Under the pieces are notes generated by a model. That model searched no databases. It was not told the origin of the DNA and was given only the letters and a program-made list of their open reading frames with translations. The translations under genes were made by a program, and so were the position numbers. Below are positions 38,790 through 46,332 of a stretch of 64,000 bases of DNA, piece by piece (the stretch's first letter is position 1; each line of letters opens with the position of its first letter). Where the stretch lies: the IMG/VR virus record IMGVR_UViG_3300023174_000039, positions 62,001-126,000 of that record; one strand, 5' to 3'.

Positions 38790-39377
38790 ATGACGGAAGA
38801 AATAAAAGACGTAAATGCCAAGGTTGATGAACTAGAAGCAGCCGCAAAGAAGTATGCCAGCAAAGACACAGTGATCTCAATTGGCGGGTACGAGTTTACA
38901 CCAGCCAAGCTGATGGTGGCATTTACCATTGTGAGCTCCACACTGGGCGGGCTGTATGGCACATTTGAAGTGTACAAAGATTACATGGGTATGAAGAAAA
39001 AGATTGCCGAATACACTGCTCCGGACTTGAGTGGTTTTGACAAGCGACTGGCAGTGATTGAAGAAAACAGCCAAAAGACCAGCGACTATACTCGTGACAT
39101 CAAGACGGATTTGAAGAACGATTTGCGTCGTAATGAATCAGTAACTGAGCAAGTAGAACGCAGTGTCAAGACAGCACAACGTGAAACTGAAAGTGAAATG
39201 CGTGACATGCGTCGAGCTGTGCGTGAAGATCTAGAAAAAGCTCGTAACGAAGCCAGTGTTATCCGCAAGGAAATGGCTGATGCTCGCAGAGAAATTGAGC
39301 GTGAAGTTGTTCAGCTAAAGAAAGAAGTTGATGGCAAGATACAACGAGCCATCGATAATCCATTGGCCAACAAGTGA
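38790..39377 (+). CDS. membrane-anchored coiled-coil protein
   Basis: TM segment, then heptads; ends DNPLAN. Confidence 0.75.
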   Translation: MTEEIKDVNAKVDELEAAAKKYASKDTVISIGGYEFTPAKLMVAFTIVSSTLGGLYGTFEVYKDYMGMKKKIAEYTAPDLSGFDKRLAVIEENSQKTSDYTRDIKTDLKNDLRRNESVTEQVERSVKTAQRETESEMRDMRRAVREDLEKARNEASVIRKEMADARREIEREVVQLKKEVDGKIQRAIDNPLANK

Positions 39378-39686
39378 TCACACGCCTGTAAATGAATACG
39401 CAGAGCCACTGACAAACACGCCGCCTGTGATAGTGACTGTTTGACTTGGTGCATTTGTGCTGACCACTGTGGCACCTGGCAACCCAACCACAGTCCACCC
39501 GGCCTGGATATCATAATAACTTGGTGATGGAGTAGTTGCCCAACTGCCACCTTGAAAGAAGAATCCAACAGTGCCGTTGCTGCCTGCCACGTTCTGAAAA
39601 CTTTGTGTTGTTTGTCCGGCATAGTTGCCTGGACCGATAGTCCATCCGCCTTGAATTGACCATCCGGGTCCAATTGATACTGGCAT
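39378..39686 (-). CDS. small putative virion decoration protein
   Basis: N-terminal IGPGW.I.GGW.IG motif. Confidence 0.6.
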   Translation of the reverse strand: MPVSIGPGWSIQGGWTIGPGNYAGQTTQSFQNVAGSNGTVGFFFQGGSWATTPSPSYYDIQAGWTVVGLPGATVVSTNAPSQTVTITGGVFVSGSAYSFTGV

Positions 39687-39756
39687 AATTTTTCCTTTGT
39701 GTAAAAGACTTACAGGGGAAAAATGCTACCACTTCCAGTGTTAATGTTTGTTTTAT

Positions 39757-40443
39757 TTATGCTGATTTTTTAATTACCGCTTGAACAAGGCTGTCTATGC
39801 TGTTCACAATGGGCACACCTTGTTCACTAGCAATACCGATGCTTAGGGGCAATTCAGTACAGCCCAGCACAATAGCTTGAGCTCCATGTGTGATCAGGCT
39901 GTGAATCACCTGCATCAGCAATACCTGAGATTCCCCAATCTTGCCAGCCTTGATAAAGTCAATTGCAGGTTGTACAAAAAAGTCCATTTCAGCACGGTCA
40001 GGAACAATACATTTCCATCCCTGTTGCTCTAGTTTGTGTTGATAGATACCGTTGTCTATTGTGCCTTGTGTGCCCATGATGCCAATGGTGGTGTTGGCAA
40101 GTCCTAGTTCACGCAGTTGATCTGCTATGCTGTCCACTATGTGAGTGATGGGCACACCCATTTTTGCCATGTCATCATACCAATAGTGTGCAGAGTTGCA
40201 AGGGATCACAACATGATCACAGCCCACAGTTTTCAGTGCCTGTATGCCCTGCAACAACCACAGCATGGGTTGATTGTCACCGGCTTGCATGGCTCGGCTA
40301 CGGTCAGGTATTCTTGGCTCGTTCCACAACACAAAAGGTATGTGTTCTTGATCGGTTGTGGCAGGCGTTTGTTTTATGAGTCTAGTCACAAACTCTGCTG
40401 ATGCCGCAGGACCCATGCCACCTAGTATGCCCAATCGTTTCAT
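39757..40443 (-). CDS. aspartate/glutamate racemase
   Basis: MKRLGILGGMGP, PDR, IPCNSAH, LGCTELP (two catalytic Cys). Confidence 0.93.
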   Translation of the reverse strand: MKRLGILGGMGPAASAEFVTRLIKQTPATTDQEHIPFVLWNEPRIPDRSRAMQAGDNQPMLWLLQGIQALKTVGCDHVVIPCNSAHYWYDDMAKMGVPITHIVDSIADQLRELGLANTTIGIMGTQGTIDNGIYQHKLEQQGWKCIVPDRAEMDFFVQPAIDFIKAGKIGESQVLLMQVIHSLITHGAQAIVLGCTELPLSIGIASEQGVPIVNSIDSLVQAVIKKSA

Positions 40444-41219
40444 ACTTTGCTGTGTTGCAACAACAACACAGTGTTGTTGTGTTGATTGGGATGAAAATCT
40501 CTGCGCATGAAGCTCAACCAAGGTCCGACCAACCCAGTCACAAATCCATTTTTCCAGTTGAACAACACAATCACAGCATCTTTTGCTGTGCGCCATTTCC
40601 ACAGTTGACGATCTGCACGTAGCAACACCAGGGTATTTCTGGCAATATCCCACACAAAGTTTGCAGTGGTCAACAGCATGCTGAGTCGCAGTTTACCGCC
40701 GCCAATGGCGTTGATAGTGTCCATGGCAACTGCTTTGTGTTCTATTTCTTCCACAGCATGCCAAGTCCACAACTGACGAAAGTGAGGATGCATGCTGTCC
40801 AACAGTTCAGGATGTGTCAACAAGTGTTCGGCAAAGATGGCAGTGATGTGCTCTAGACTCACTGTGCTGGCCAGTTGACCTTTTTTGCTGATTTTGGTTT
40901 TGATGTATTCTAGTTTGGCCAGTGCCAGTGCTTCCAAACGTTCAGCAGGCAAGCCTTGCTTGGTCAGCCAAAGATTGTATTGTTGGTGAGCATAACGATG
41001 CCAGTTTTCTTGTTTGACAAATGTGGCAATTGCTTGTTGTTGGTCAGCATCGGTGATTCTGTGTTGATAGTTTTTCACGCTGTCAATAAAGAAACGTTCA
41101 CCATGTGGGAATGTGATGCTCAAGGCATTTAAAAAATGTGTTTTGAACGCACTGTTATCAAAATAGTATTTTGGTAATTCCTGTGTCCAGTCTTGCTTTA
41201 GTGGTTGTTCTTTGAACAT
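40440..41219 (-). CDS. predicted metal-dependent hydrolase (PF10118-like, di-metal)
   Basis: NALS.TFP.GE.FFI, QE..H...H, LEH.TA, WHA.EE.EHK.VA, FHP. Confidence 0.85.
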   Translation of the reverse strand: MFKEQPLKQDWTQELPKYYFDNSAFKTHFLNALSITFPHGERFFIDSVKNYQHRITDADQQQAIATFVKQENWHRYAHQQYNLWLTKQGLPAERLEALALAKLEYIKTKISKKGQLASTVSLEHITAIFAEHLLTHPELLDSMHPHFRQLWTWHAVEEIEHKAVAMDTINAIGGGKLRLSMLLTTANFVWDIARNTLVLLRADRQLWKWRTAKDAVIVLFNWKNGFVTGLVGPWLSFMRRDFHPNQHNNTVLLLQHSKV

Positions 41220-41224
41220 ATTAG

Positions 41225-42133
41225 TTAGAAGGTAATTGATCCTGACCCCACAGTGGTCCACTTGTACACTCTATAGCCACCGGCAACTGTGACAGTTGGG
41301 CTACCAGTAGTGGCAGTTGCGGCTGCATATGAGTCTGGGTAACGAATGATCACGATACCTGATCCGCCACCTGCGCCAGACCCGTCGTTTCCCGGAGTCC
41401 CGCCGCCTGAGCCACCGCCGCCTCCACCAGTGTTTGGAGTTCCGGCAGTTGCAGTGGTTGCTCCTGTTGCTCCTGCACCACCGCCACCTGCACCACCAGA
41501 TCCAGCTGTACCACTGCCACCGCCACCAGCGTATCCACCGCCACCACCGCCACCTGCATAGGTTACAGATGTTCCAGATATTGAACTTGCTGTGCCTCCT
41601 CCACCATTTCCACCATTAGCTCCAGCATTGCCACCAACCGCACTGGCGCCGCCACCGCCACCAGCATGATAAGGAGGAGAAGTTGAACCTGATCCCCCGG
41701 AATTTCCTTGGCTTCCTGTCCCAGAACCACCCGATCCCGGCGCCGACACGCCGTACCCACCACCGCCACCAGATCCACCTGTTCCGCCGCCACTGGTACT
41801 ACTGGTATATGAATACGCACCGGCGCCACCACCAATAGATGTTATAGTGCTAAAAATAGAATCACCACCAGATGCACCTGCTTGTGTGCTTGAGTTTGGT
41901 GCGCCACCTGCGCCAACAGTGACCGTGATGGGTGTACCACTGGCTACTGCAAATCCTGTTGCGGTTCTAAATCCACCTGCACCCCCGCCCCCGCCATGTC
42001 GTGTACCACCTGCCCCGCCACCGCCAACCACAAGATATTCAACTGTGGGCGTAACTGACGGGCCACCACCTGTGGTATCGCCAATGGCCCATGCACCTGT
42101 AATTGCCCATCCGGGCCCGATTGTGAATCCCAT
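41225..42133 (-). CDS. glycine-rich domain virion/fibre protein
   Basis: VEYLVVGGGG, NTGGGGGG, GGSGIVIIRY; shares the N-terminal IGPGW motif. Confidence 0.75.
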   Translation of the reverse strand: MGFTIGPGWAITGAWAIGDTTGGGPSVTPTVEYLVVGGGGAGGTRHGGGGGAGGFRTATGFAVASGTPITVTVGAGGAPNSSTQAGASGGDSIFSTITSIGGGAGAYSYTSSTSGGGTGGSGGGGGYGVSAPGSGGSGTGSQGNSGGSGSTSPPYHAGGGGGASAVGGNAGANGGNGGGGTASSISGTSVTYAGGGGGGGYAGGGGSGTAGSGGAGGGGAGATGATTATAGTPNTGGGGGGSGGGTPGNDGSGAGGGSGIVIIRYPDSYAAATATTGSPTVTVAGGYRVYKWTTVGSGSITF

Positions 42134-42158
42134 GCTTGTGTCCTTATTAGACTCTTAT

Positions 42159-42761
42159 TTATTTTTTAAACAACAATGATGAAGCGATGACCAAGGCAGT
42201 CTGTGCAGCCTCTACGTCATCAGGCTGTTGTTTCCAACCCACGCTGATTTGTCCTATAAACACCCCGGGCTCGGCAGGCACACTGATACGGCACATGTAA
42301 TTCACACCGTTTTCTCTGTAGGCAAATCCAATTAGACTTTGTGGTTTGAGATAGGGACTGCACGGTATTTTACCAGACATGAGTCCAATCACATCATTGT
42401 TGTTGTCGTAGTTTTTGCTGAACAAGCCCACATCCAGGCCGTCGTACTGCTTGATTCTGCCACCATTGCGTGTGGACACAAACACAATTTTTCTTGTGTT
42501 TACCAGGGTATTGACCTCCATGATAGACACCAGTTCTACATCGGTGTTTTTCAACAAGAAATTGTAGGCTTCTTCATATCGGCCATTCATCTTGGGCAGG
42601 GCCTGTTGGGCACGATATGTGGCCATCATGGCATCTTTTTCGCTGTAAACAAACCAGCCCACAAAGCCCAGCACACACAGTAATATTACTGTGAATAATC
42701 TAAAAGGACTTTGCCCGATCCAGTTTAGTATTTCAAGCAGGGCTTCTTTGATCTTGTCCAT
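42159..42761 (-). CDS. single-TM protein with GAF-like periplasmic domain (T4 holin T-like?)
   Basis: N-terminal TM; C-terminal YMCRISVP....FIGQISVGW. Confidence 0.45.
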   Translation of the reverse strand: MDKIKEALLEILNWIGQSPFRLFTVILLCVLGFVGWFVYSEKDAMMATYRAQQALPKMNGRYEEAYNFLLKNTDVELVSIMEVNTLVNTRKIVFVSTRNGGRIKQYDGLDVGLFSKNYDNNNDVIGLMSGKIPCSPYLKPQSLIGFAYRENGVNYMCRISVPAEPGVFIGQISVGWKQQPDDVEAAQTALVIASSLLFKK

Positions 42762-44022
42762 GTGCCTGTTCTTTGTCACAAACAAATGCTGTCACTGCTA
42801 CGTTACCATGCACATGACTTGCTGTGCGAATCATGTCCATCAGAGGATCAACTGCAATCAACAGTACCAACACAGCTTCGCTGGGCAGTTTCAACAAGTC
42901 ACAAACAACTGCTACAGTGGCCACTGTGAGAATACCTGTTGTACCTGCTGATGCAAGCCCTGCCAAGATACTACCAAATAGCACAACTAGTAATCCTGTT
43001 AAGCCTAGTGGTGCATCATAAATGTTGGCAATGAATACTGTGGCAATGGCATAGTAAACGATACTACCAATGCGATTAACAGTGAAGCTGAGTGGCACAG
43101 TTAGTTCAACGCCGCCCTTGTCAAAGTGTAGTTTGTGCAGGGCTTCTTGTGCGTATGGGATACAGGCCAAACTTGAGCGTGAACTCACAGCAACAATCAG
43201 TGTTTCTTTGGTTTCTCGGATCACGGTAGCAAGGCTTAGACCTGAACGTGCCCAGATCACAGCAGTACCTGCCGCAACAACCAACACCCCCCCAACAAAC
43301 TGCTGGAACACAAAGTCAAACATGGTCATGAAGATGCCCACACCAACCTTGCCAACCTGCGATGAAATCATGGCCAACAGCGCAATTGGCAAGAAATAGT
43401 TTAGGAACTTGAAGATGCTGATACTGGCCTGTTGAATACTCTTTAGCACTTCCACCAACATCTTTTGACCTTCTGTTTTCAGGTGCCCCAGTGCCACACC
43501 AAAGATCAAACAAAAGATCACAATCTTTAAGCTCTCACCATTGTTTAGTGTGTTGAAGATGTTTTCAGGAATGAACTTTTCTGCCATCTTGCCTGCATTG
43601 ACAGGTGGTGCAACAGGCATGGGCTCGTGTAAAGTGATATTCAAATCAGTACCACTGTCTTTGTTGTTGACCAGCACACCCAGTTGTGTTTTCTTCTCTG
43701 GTGTCATTTCTGTACCTGTGACCAGCACAGTGCCCACACCAATCACAGCGGCCAGGAACATACTGCCCACAAAGCCAATGATGATTTTGCGTATCAATTC
43801 TTGACTGCCTTCTTTCTGCAGTAGGCCAATGATACCCACCAGGATAGTGGCCAACAAGAATGGTAACACAACAACTTTGAGCAGGCTGATGTAGATGCTG
43901 CCAATGCTGTCAAGACCTGTGCTGAACTCTGGAGCATACACACCAGCTAGAATGCCCACAATGATTGAACCAAGTATGGTCCAGGGGCTGATCAAAAATG
44001 TTTTTAAATGTGCAGTTGTCAT
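42733..44022 (-). CDS. dicarboxylate/amino acid:cation symporter (DAACS, GltP family)
   Basis: Multi-TM; IPENIF, SSRSS hairpin, D...DM.RT in TM8. Confidence 0.92.
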   Translation of the reverse strand: MTTAHLKTFLISPWTILGSIIVGILAGVYAPEFSTGLDSIGSIYISLLKVVVLPFLLATILVGIIGLLQKEGSQELIRKIIIGFVGSMFLAAVIGVGTVLVTGTEMTPEKKTQLGVLVNNKDSGTDLNITLHEPMPVAPPVNAGKMAEKFIPENIFNTLNNGESLKIVIFCLIFGVALGHLKTEGQKMLVEVLKSIQQASISIFKFLNYFLPIALLAMISSQVGKVGVGIFMTMFDFVFQQFVGGVLVVAAGTAVIWARSGLSLATVIRETKETLIVAVSSRSSLACIPYAQEALHKLHFDKGGVELTVPLSFTVNRIGSIVYYAIATVFIANIYDAPLGLTGLLVVLFGSILAGLASAGTTGILTVATVAVVCDLLKLPSEAVLVLLIAVDPLMDMIRTASHVHGNVAVTAFVCDKEQAHGQDQRSPA

Positions 44023-44031
44023 GGGGTGTCC

Positions 44032-44850
44032 TTATTTCTTTTCAGCTTTGTAGCGATCCATCAACTTCTTGGTGTCGATGTTGTTGTATTCATTTTTAAT
44101 CACGTAGTTGACCACGCTCAACAGTTGAATAGCCCGGGGATTCACTGCCACAGCAATGTTGTCTACACTGTCAGAGATGGTGATTGACTTGGTAGTAATT
44201 GCCGCATCTGGCTTTTCAAATGCAATTTTCTTGATTTCAAATTCATCACGGTAAGCGGCAGCGATGTCGCCACGTGTGACTTTGTCAATGATCACATCCC
44301 ACTTGTCTTCAGGCAGGAATTGTGCATTGGGAAAGTTAATTCTAGCAAATGTGTCATAACTGGAGTTGCGGATAAAACTTATCTTGCCGTTGAATTCTCT
44401 AATCACTTGATACACTTCTCTGCCCTGAGTATTCTGGCTCAACCATAGTCGATTCACAACTAAACTTTGGCGCAGTTTGATATAGGGATCACTGAATCTA
44501 ACTACTTGTAACCGTGGACCAGTTACGGATAGTTTACTAACAGCAATATCTGCTCTGCCATCTCTGACCTGTTCTACAACTTCTGCGAAGCTTTCTGCGT
44601 CTCGTCTAAACTGTACAGGAACTCCAAGTAACACCCCAATGCGTCGAGCGATCTCAACGTCAAGGCCGTGTATGGTATCCTCGTCTCCGGAAAAGAATGG
44701 AGGATTGTCTTTTTTGGTCATTGCCACCACAAGCACATTGGCTTTTTTGATTGCGGCAATATCTGCGGGTAGTGGTACAGTTGATGTTGGTAACTGTGCA
44801 GAAGCAACAGTGGCCAACACAAGTAATACGGTGGCGAATAGTTTTTTCAT
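44032..44850 (-). CDS. periplasmic amino-acid substrate-binding protein (SBP family 3)
   Basis: Signal peptide; NPPF, GLDVEIA, ADIAVS.LS.T..R...V.FSDPY. Confidence 0.92.
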   Translation of the reverse strand: MKKLFATVLLVLATVASAQLPTSTVPLPADIAAIKKANVLVVAMTKKDNPPFFSGDEDTIHGLDVEIARRIGVLLGVPVQFRRDAESFAEVVEQVRDGRADIAVSKLSVTGPRLQVVRFSDPYIKLRQSLVVNRLWLSQNTQGREVYQVIREFNGKISFIRNSSYDTFARINFPNAQFLPEDKWDVIIDKVTRGDIAAAYRDEFEIKKIAFEKPDAAITTKSITISDSVDNIAVAVNPRAIQLLSVVNYVIKNEYNNIDTKKLMDRYKAEKK

Positions 44851-44911
44851 TTGTATGTGTCCATAATGTAGGTATTTAATACCCAACGTTATTTATGTTT
44901 TTAGATGTTAC

Positions 44912-44940
44912 AAAAAAAAGTCCCTTGCGGGACTCTTTTT
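44912..44940. terminator. bidirectional-type terminator hairpin
   Basis: A-tract, AGTCCC-TTGC-GGGACT, T-tract. Confidence 0.8.
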
Positions 44941-45208
44941 ATTTTGCCGCTGGCTTGGGTGCTTTTGGCTTGGGTTCTGCTTTGGGTTTTGCAGGTGCCC
45001 GGGGTTTTGGTGTTGCCTTGGGTTTTGCAGGTGCTTTGGGGACAGGAGCGGCAATTGTTGCCTCAGTCCCTGCTGGCACAACTTCAACCTTGGTTTCAAC
45101 CACGGGTGCTGATTCAACCTTGGTTTCAGGTGCTGGTGCTTCGACTTTGTATGGTGCTTCGGGAATTGAAGGCTTGCCAAACAAGAATTCTTTGATTTTT
45201 GCTAACAT
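44939..45208 (-). CDS. Pro/Ala/Lys-rich small protein
   Basis: SD AGGAG and TAAATA upstream; KAPAKPK repeats. Confidence 0.7.
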   Translation of the reverse strand: MLAKIKEFLFGKPSIPEAPYKVEAPAPETKVESAPVVETKVEVVPAGTEATIAAPVPKAPAKPKATPKPRAPAKPKAEPKPKAPKPAAK

Positions 45209-45266
45209 AATGTTCTCCTATACAATTATTTATTAGTGATTGTTCACTAGAAAAAATTAAGATAAT

Positions 45267-45297
45267 TGTTGCAGTGCAAGGTAAATAATGTTACAAT
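45267..45297 (+). promoter_or_regulatory. PhaR-like box overlapping sigma70 and late promoters
   Basis: TGTTGCAGTGCAA; TTGCAG-17-TACAAT; TAAATA at 45282. Confidence 0.6.
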
Positions 45298-45302
45298 AGA
45301 AC

Positions 45303-45353
45303 ATAGGGTGCTGAATAGGTCGGGCCTTATAGTAAACTCGCTTAAATTAGGAG
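45303..45353 (+). promoter_or_regulatory. ROSE-like leader similar to the hsp20 leader
   Basis: Hairpin with TGC.GA...GGTCGGG; CTCGCTT opposite AGGAG. Confidence 0.55.
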
Positions 45354-45359
45354 AAAATT

Positions 45360-45635
45360 ATGTTTACATTAGACGCAACAATCGACGCCGTTCAAACCGG
45401 TAAAAAACAATTTGTCAAGACATTTGTGCAAAACGAAAAAATTGCCGACGCAATGAACACTTTCATTGATGAGCAAGCCGCTTACACAAAGAAAGCTGCC
45501 AAAGTTGGCACAGACACATTTGCCACTTTGACCAGCGAAATGGTCAAAGCTTCACAAGAAGCCATGAAGTTTGACTACACCAAGTTTGGTGAAGGTATCA
45601 TGAAGGCCTACTCTGCTACTACTTCTAAAAAGTAA
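45360..45635 (+). CDS. phasin-like protein
   Basis: Small amphipathic helical Ala/Lys/Thr-rich protein preceded by a PhaR-like box. Confidence 0.55.
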   Translation: MFTLDATIDAVQTGKKQFVKTFVQNEKIADAMNTFIDEQAAYTKKAAKVGTDTFATLTSEMVKASQEAMKFDYTKFGEGIMKAYSATTSKK

Positions 45636-45659
45636 TTGCCCTGTACTTTTAACAAGTAC

Positions 45660-45710
45660 TTGACATCTAATCCGGTTCGTGCTATAATAACGCATGTACC
45701 GGATTTTTTT
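45660..45710 (+). promoter_or_regulatory. consensus sigma70 promoter overlapping an intrinsic terminator
   Basis: TTGACA-17-TATAAT with the -10 in the loop of AATCCGGT..GC / GC..ACCGGATT-TTTT. Confidence 0.8.
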
Positions 45711-45721
45711 ATGGAGCAATT

Positions 45722-45874
45722 GTGAAACCTATAACTTTTGTATTACAAATACCCAGACTGCGTAGACGTGCTGTGGAGTTGTATAGCCGCGACACCCCGT
45801 TCAAATCACGTGCAGAAAAATCTAAAATAGTGTACAATCGCAAGATCAAACATCGCAACAAGGACAAAACATAA
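45722..45874 (+). CDS. ArfA-like (alternative ribosome rescue factor-like) small basic protein, not in ORF track
   Basis: GTG start, SD GGAG; DTPFKSRAEKSKIVYNRKIKHRN. Confidence 0.55.
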   Translation: MKPITFVLQIPRLRRRAVELYSRDTPFKSRAEKSKIVYNRKIKHRNKDKT

Positions 45875-46047
45875 TGGGCGGTAAAGCAAAATCAATCTAT
45901 CTCACTGTACTCCCGAAAGGATCACACATGAGCGTGTTTAAAAAAATGTTCTTTGAGGCCAAGAGCTACAACGAATATGTCAAGTCGGAAGAGTTCAAGA
46001 CCAAATATCCCCGAGAACAGTTTGATATTGTAAAAGAAACCTACTGA
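45874..46047 (+). CDS. small hypothetical protein (57 aa, not in ORF track)
   Basis: TAATG overlap; MGGKAKSIYLTV...VKETY. Confidence 0.65.
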   Translation: MGGKAKSIYLTVLPKGSHMSVFKKMFFEAKSYNEYVKSEEFKTKYPREQFDIVKETY

Positions 46048-46048
46048 C

Positions 46049-46285
46049 ATGCACAAACGAATTCAAGAGCTTGCTCAAGAGGCAGGCATGTATGTTGACC
46101 TTGATGGCAAGCCTTGGCCCAAATGGATGGGTGCCGAAGAATGTGAACTAGCATACCAAAAGTTTGCCGAGTTGATTGTGGAAGAATGCACCACAGTGAT
46201 TGACCGAAACCTGTTCCAAAACATTGGATGGAACACCAGCCGGGCTGTTAGACGTCATTTTGGTATTGATCAAGTTGACGAATAA
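46049..46285 (+). CDS. hypothetical protein (RI.ELA..A...KFAELIV.EC phage family)
   Basis: Characteristic motif; ends HFG. Confidence 0.75.
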   Translation: MHKRIQELAQEAGMYVDLDGKPWPKWMGAEECELAYQKFAELIVEECTTVIDRNLFQNIGWNTSRAVRRHFGIDQVDE

Positions 46286-46303
46286 ATCGTTTTGCGTTAC
46301 AAT
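46275..46303 (+). promoter_or_regulatory. sigma70 promoter
   Basis: TTGACG-17-TACAAT. Confidence 0.75.
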
Positions 46304-46332
46304 ACACTATCTTAACCTTTTTGGAGATTGAA

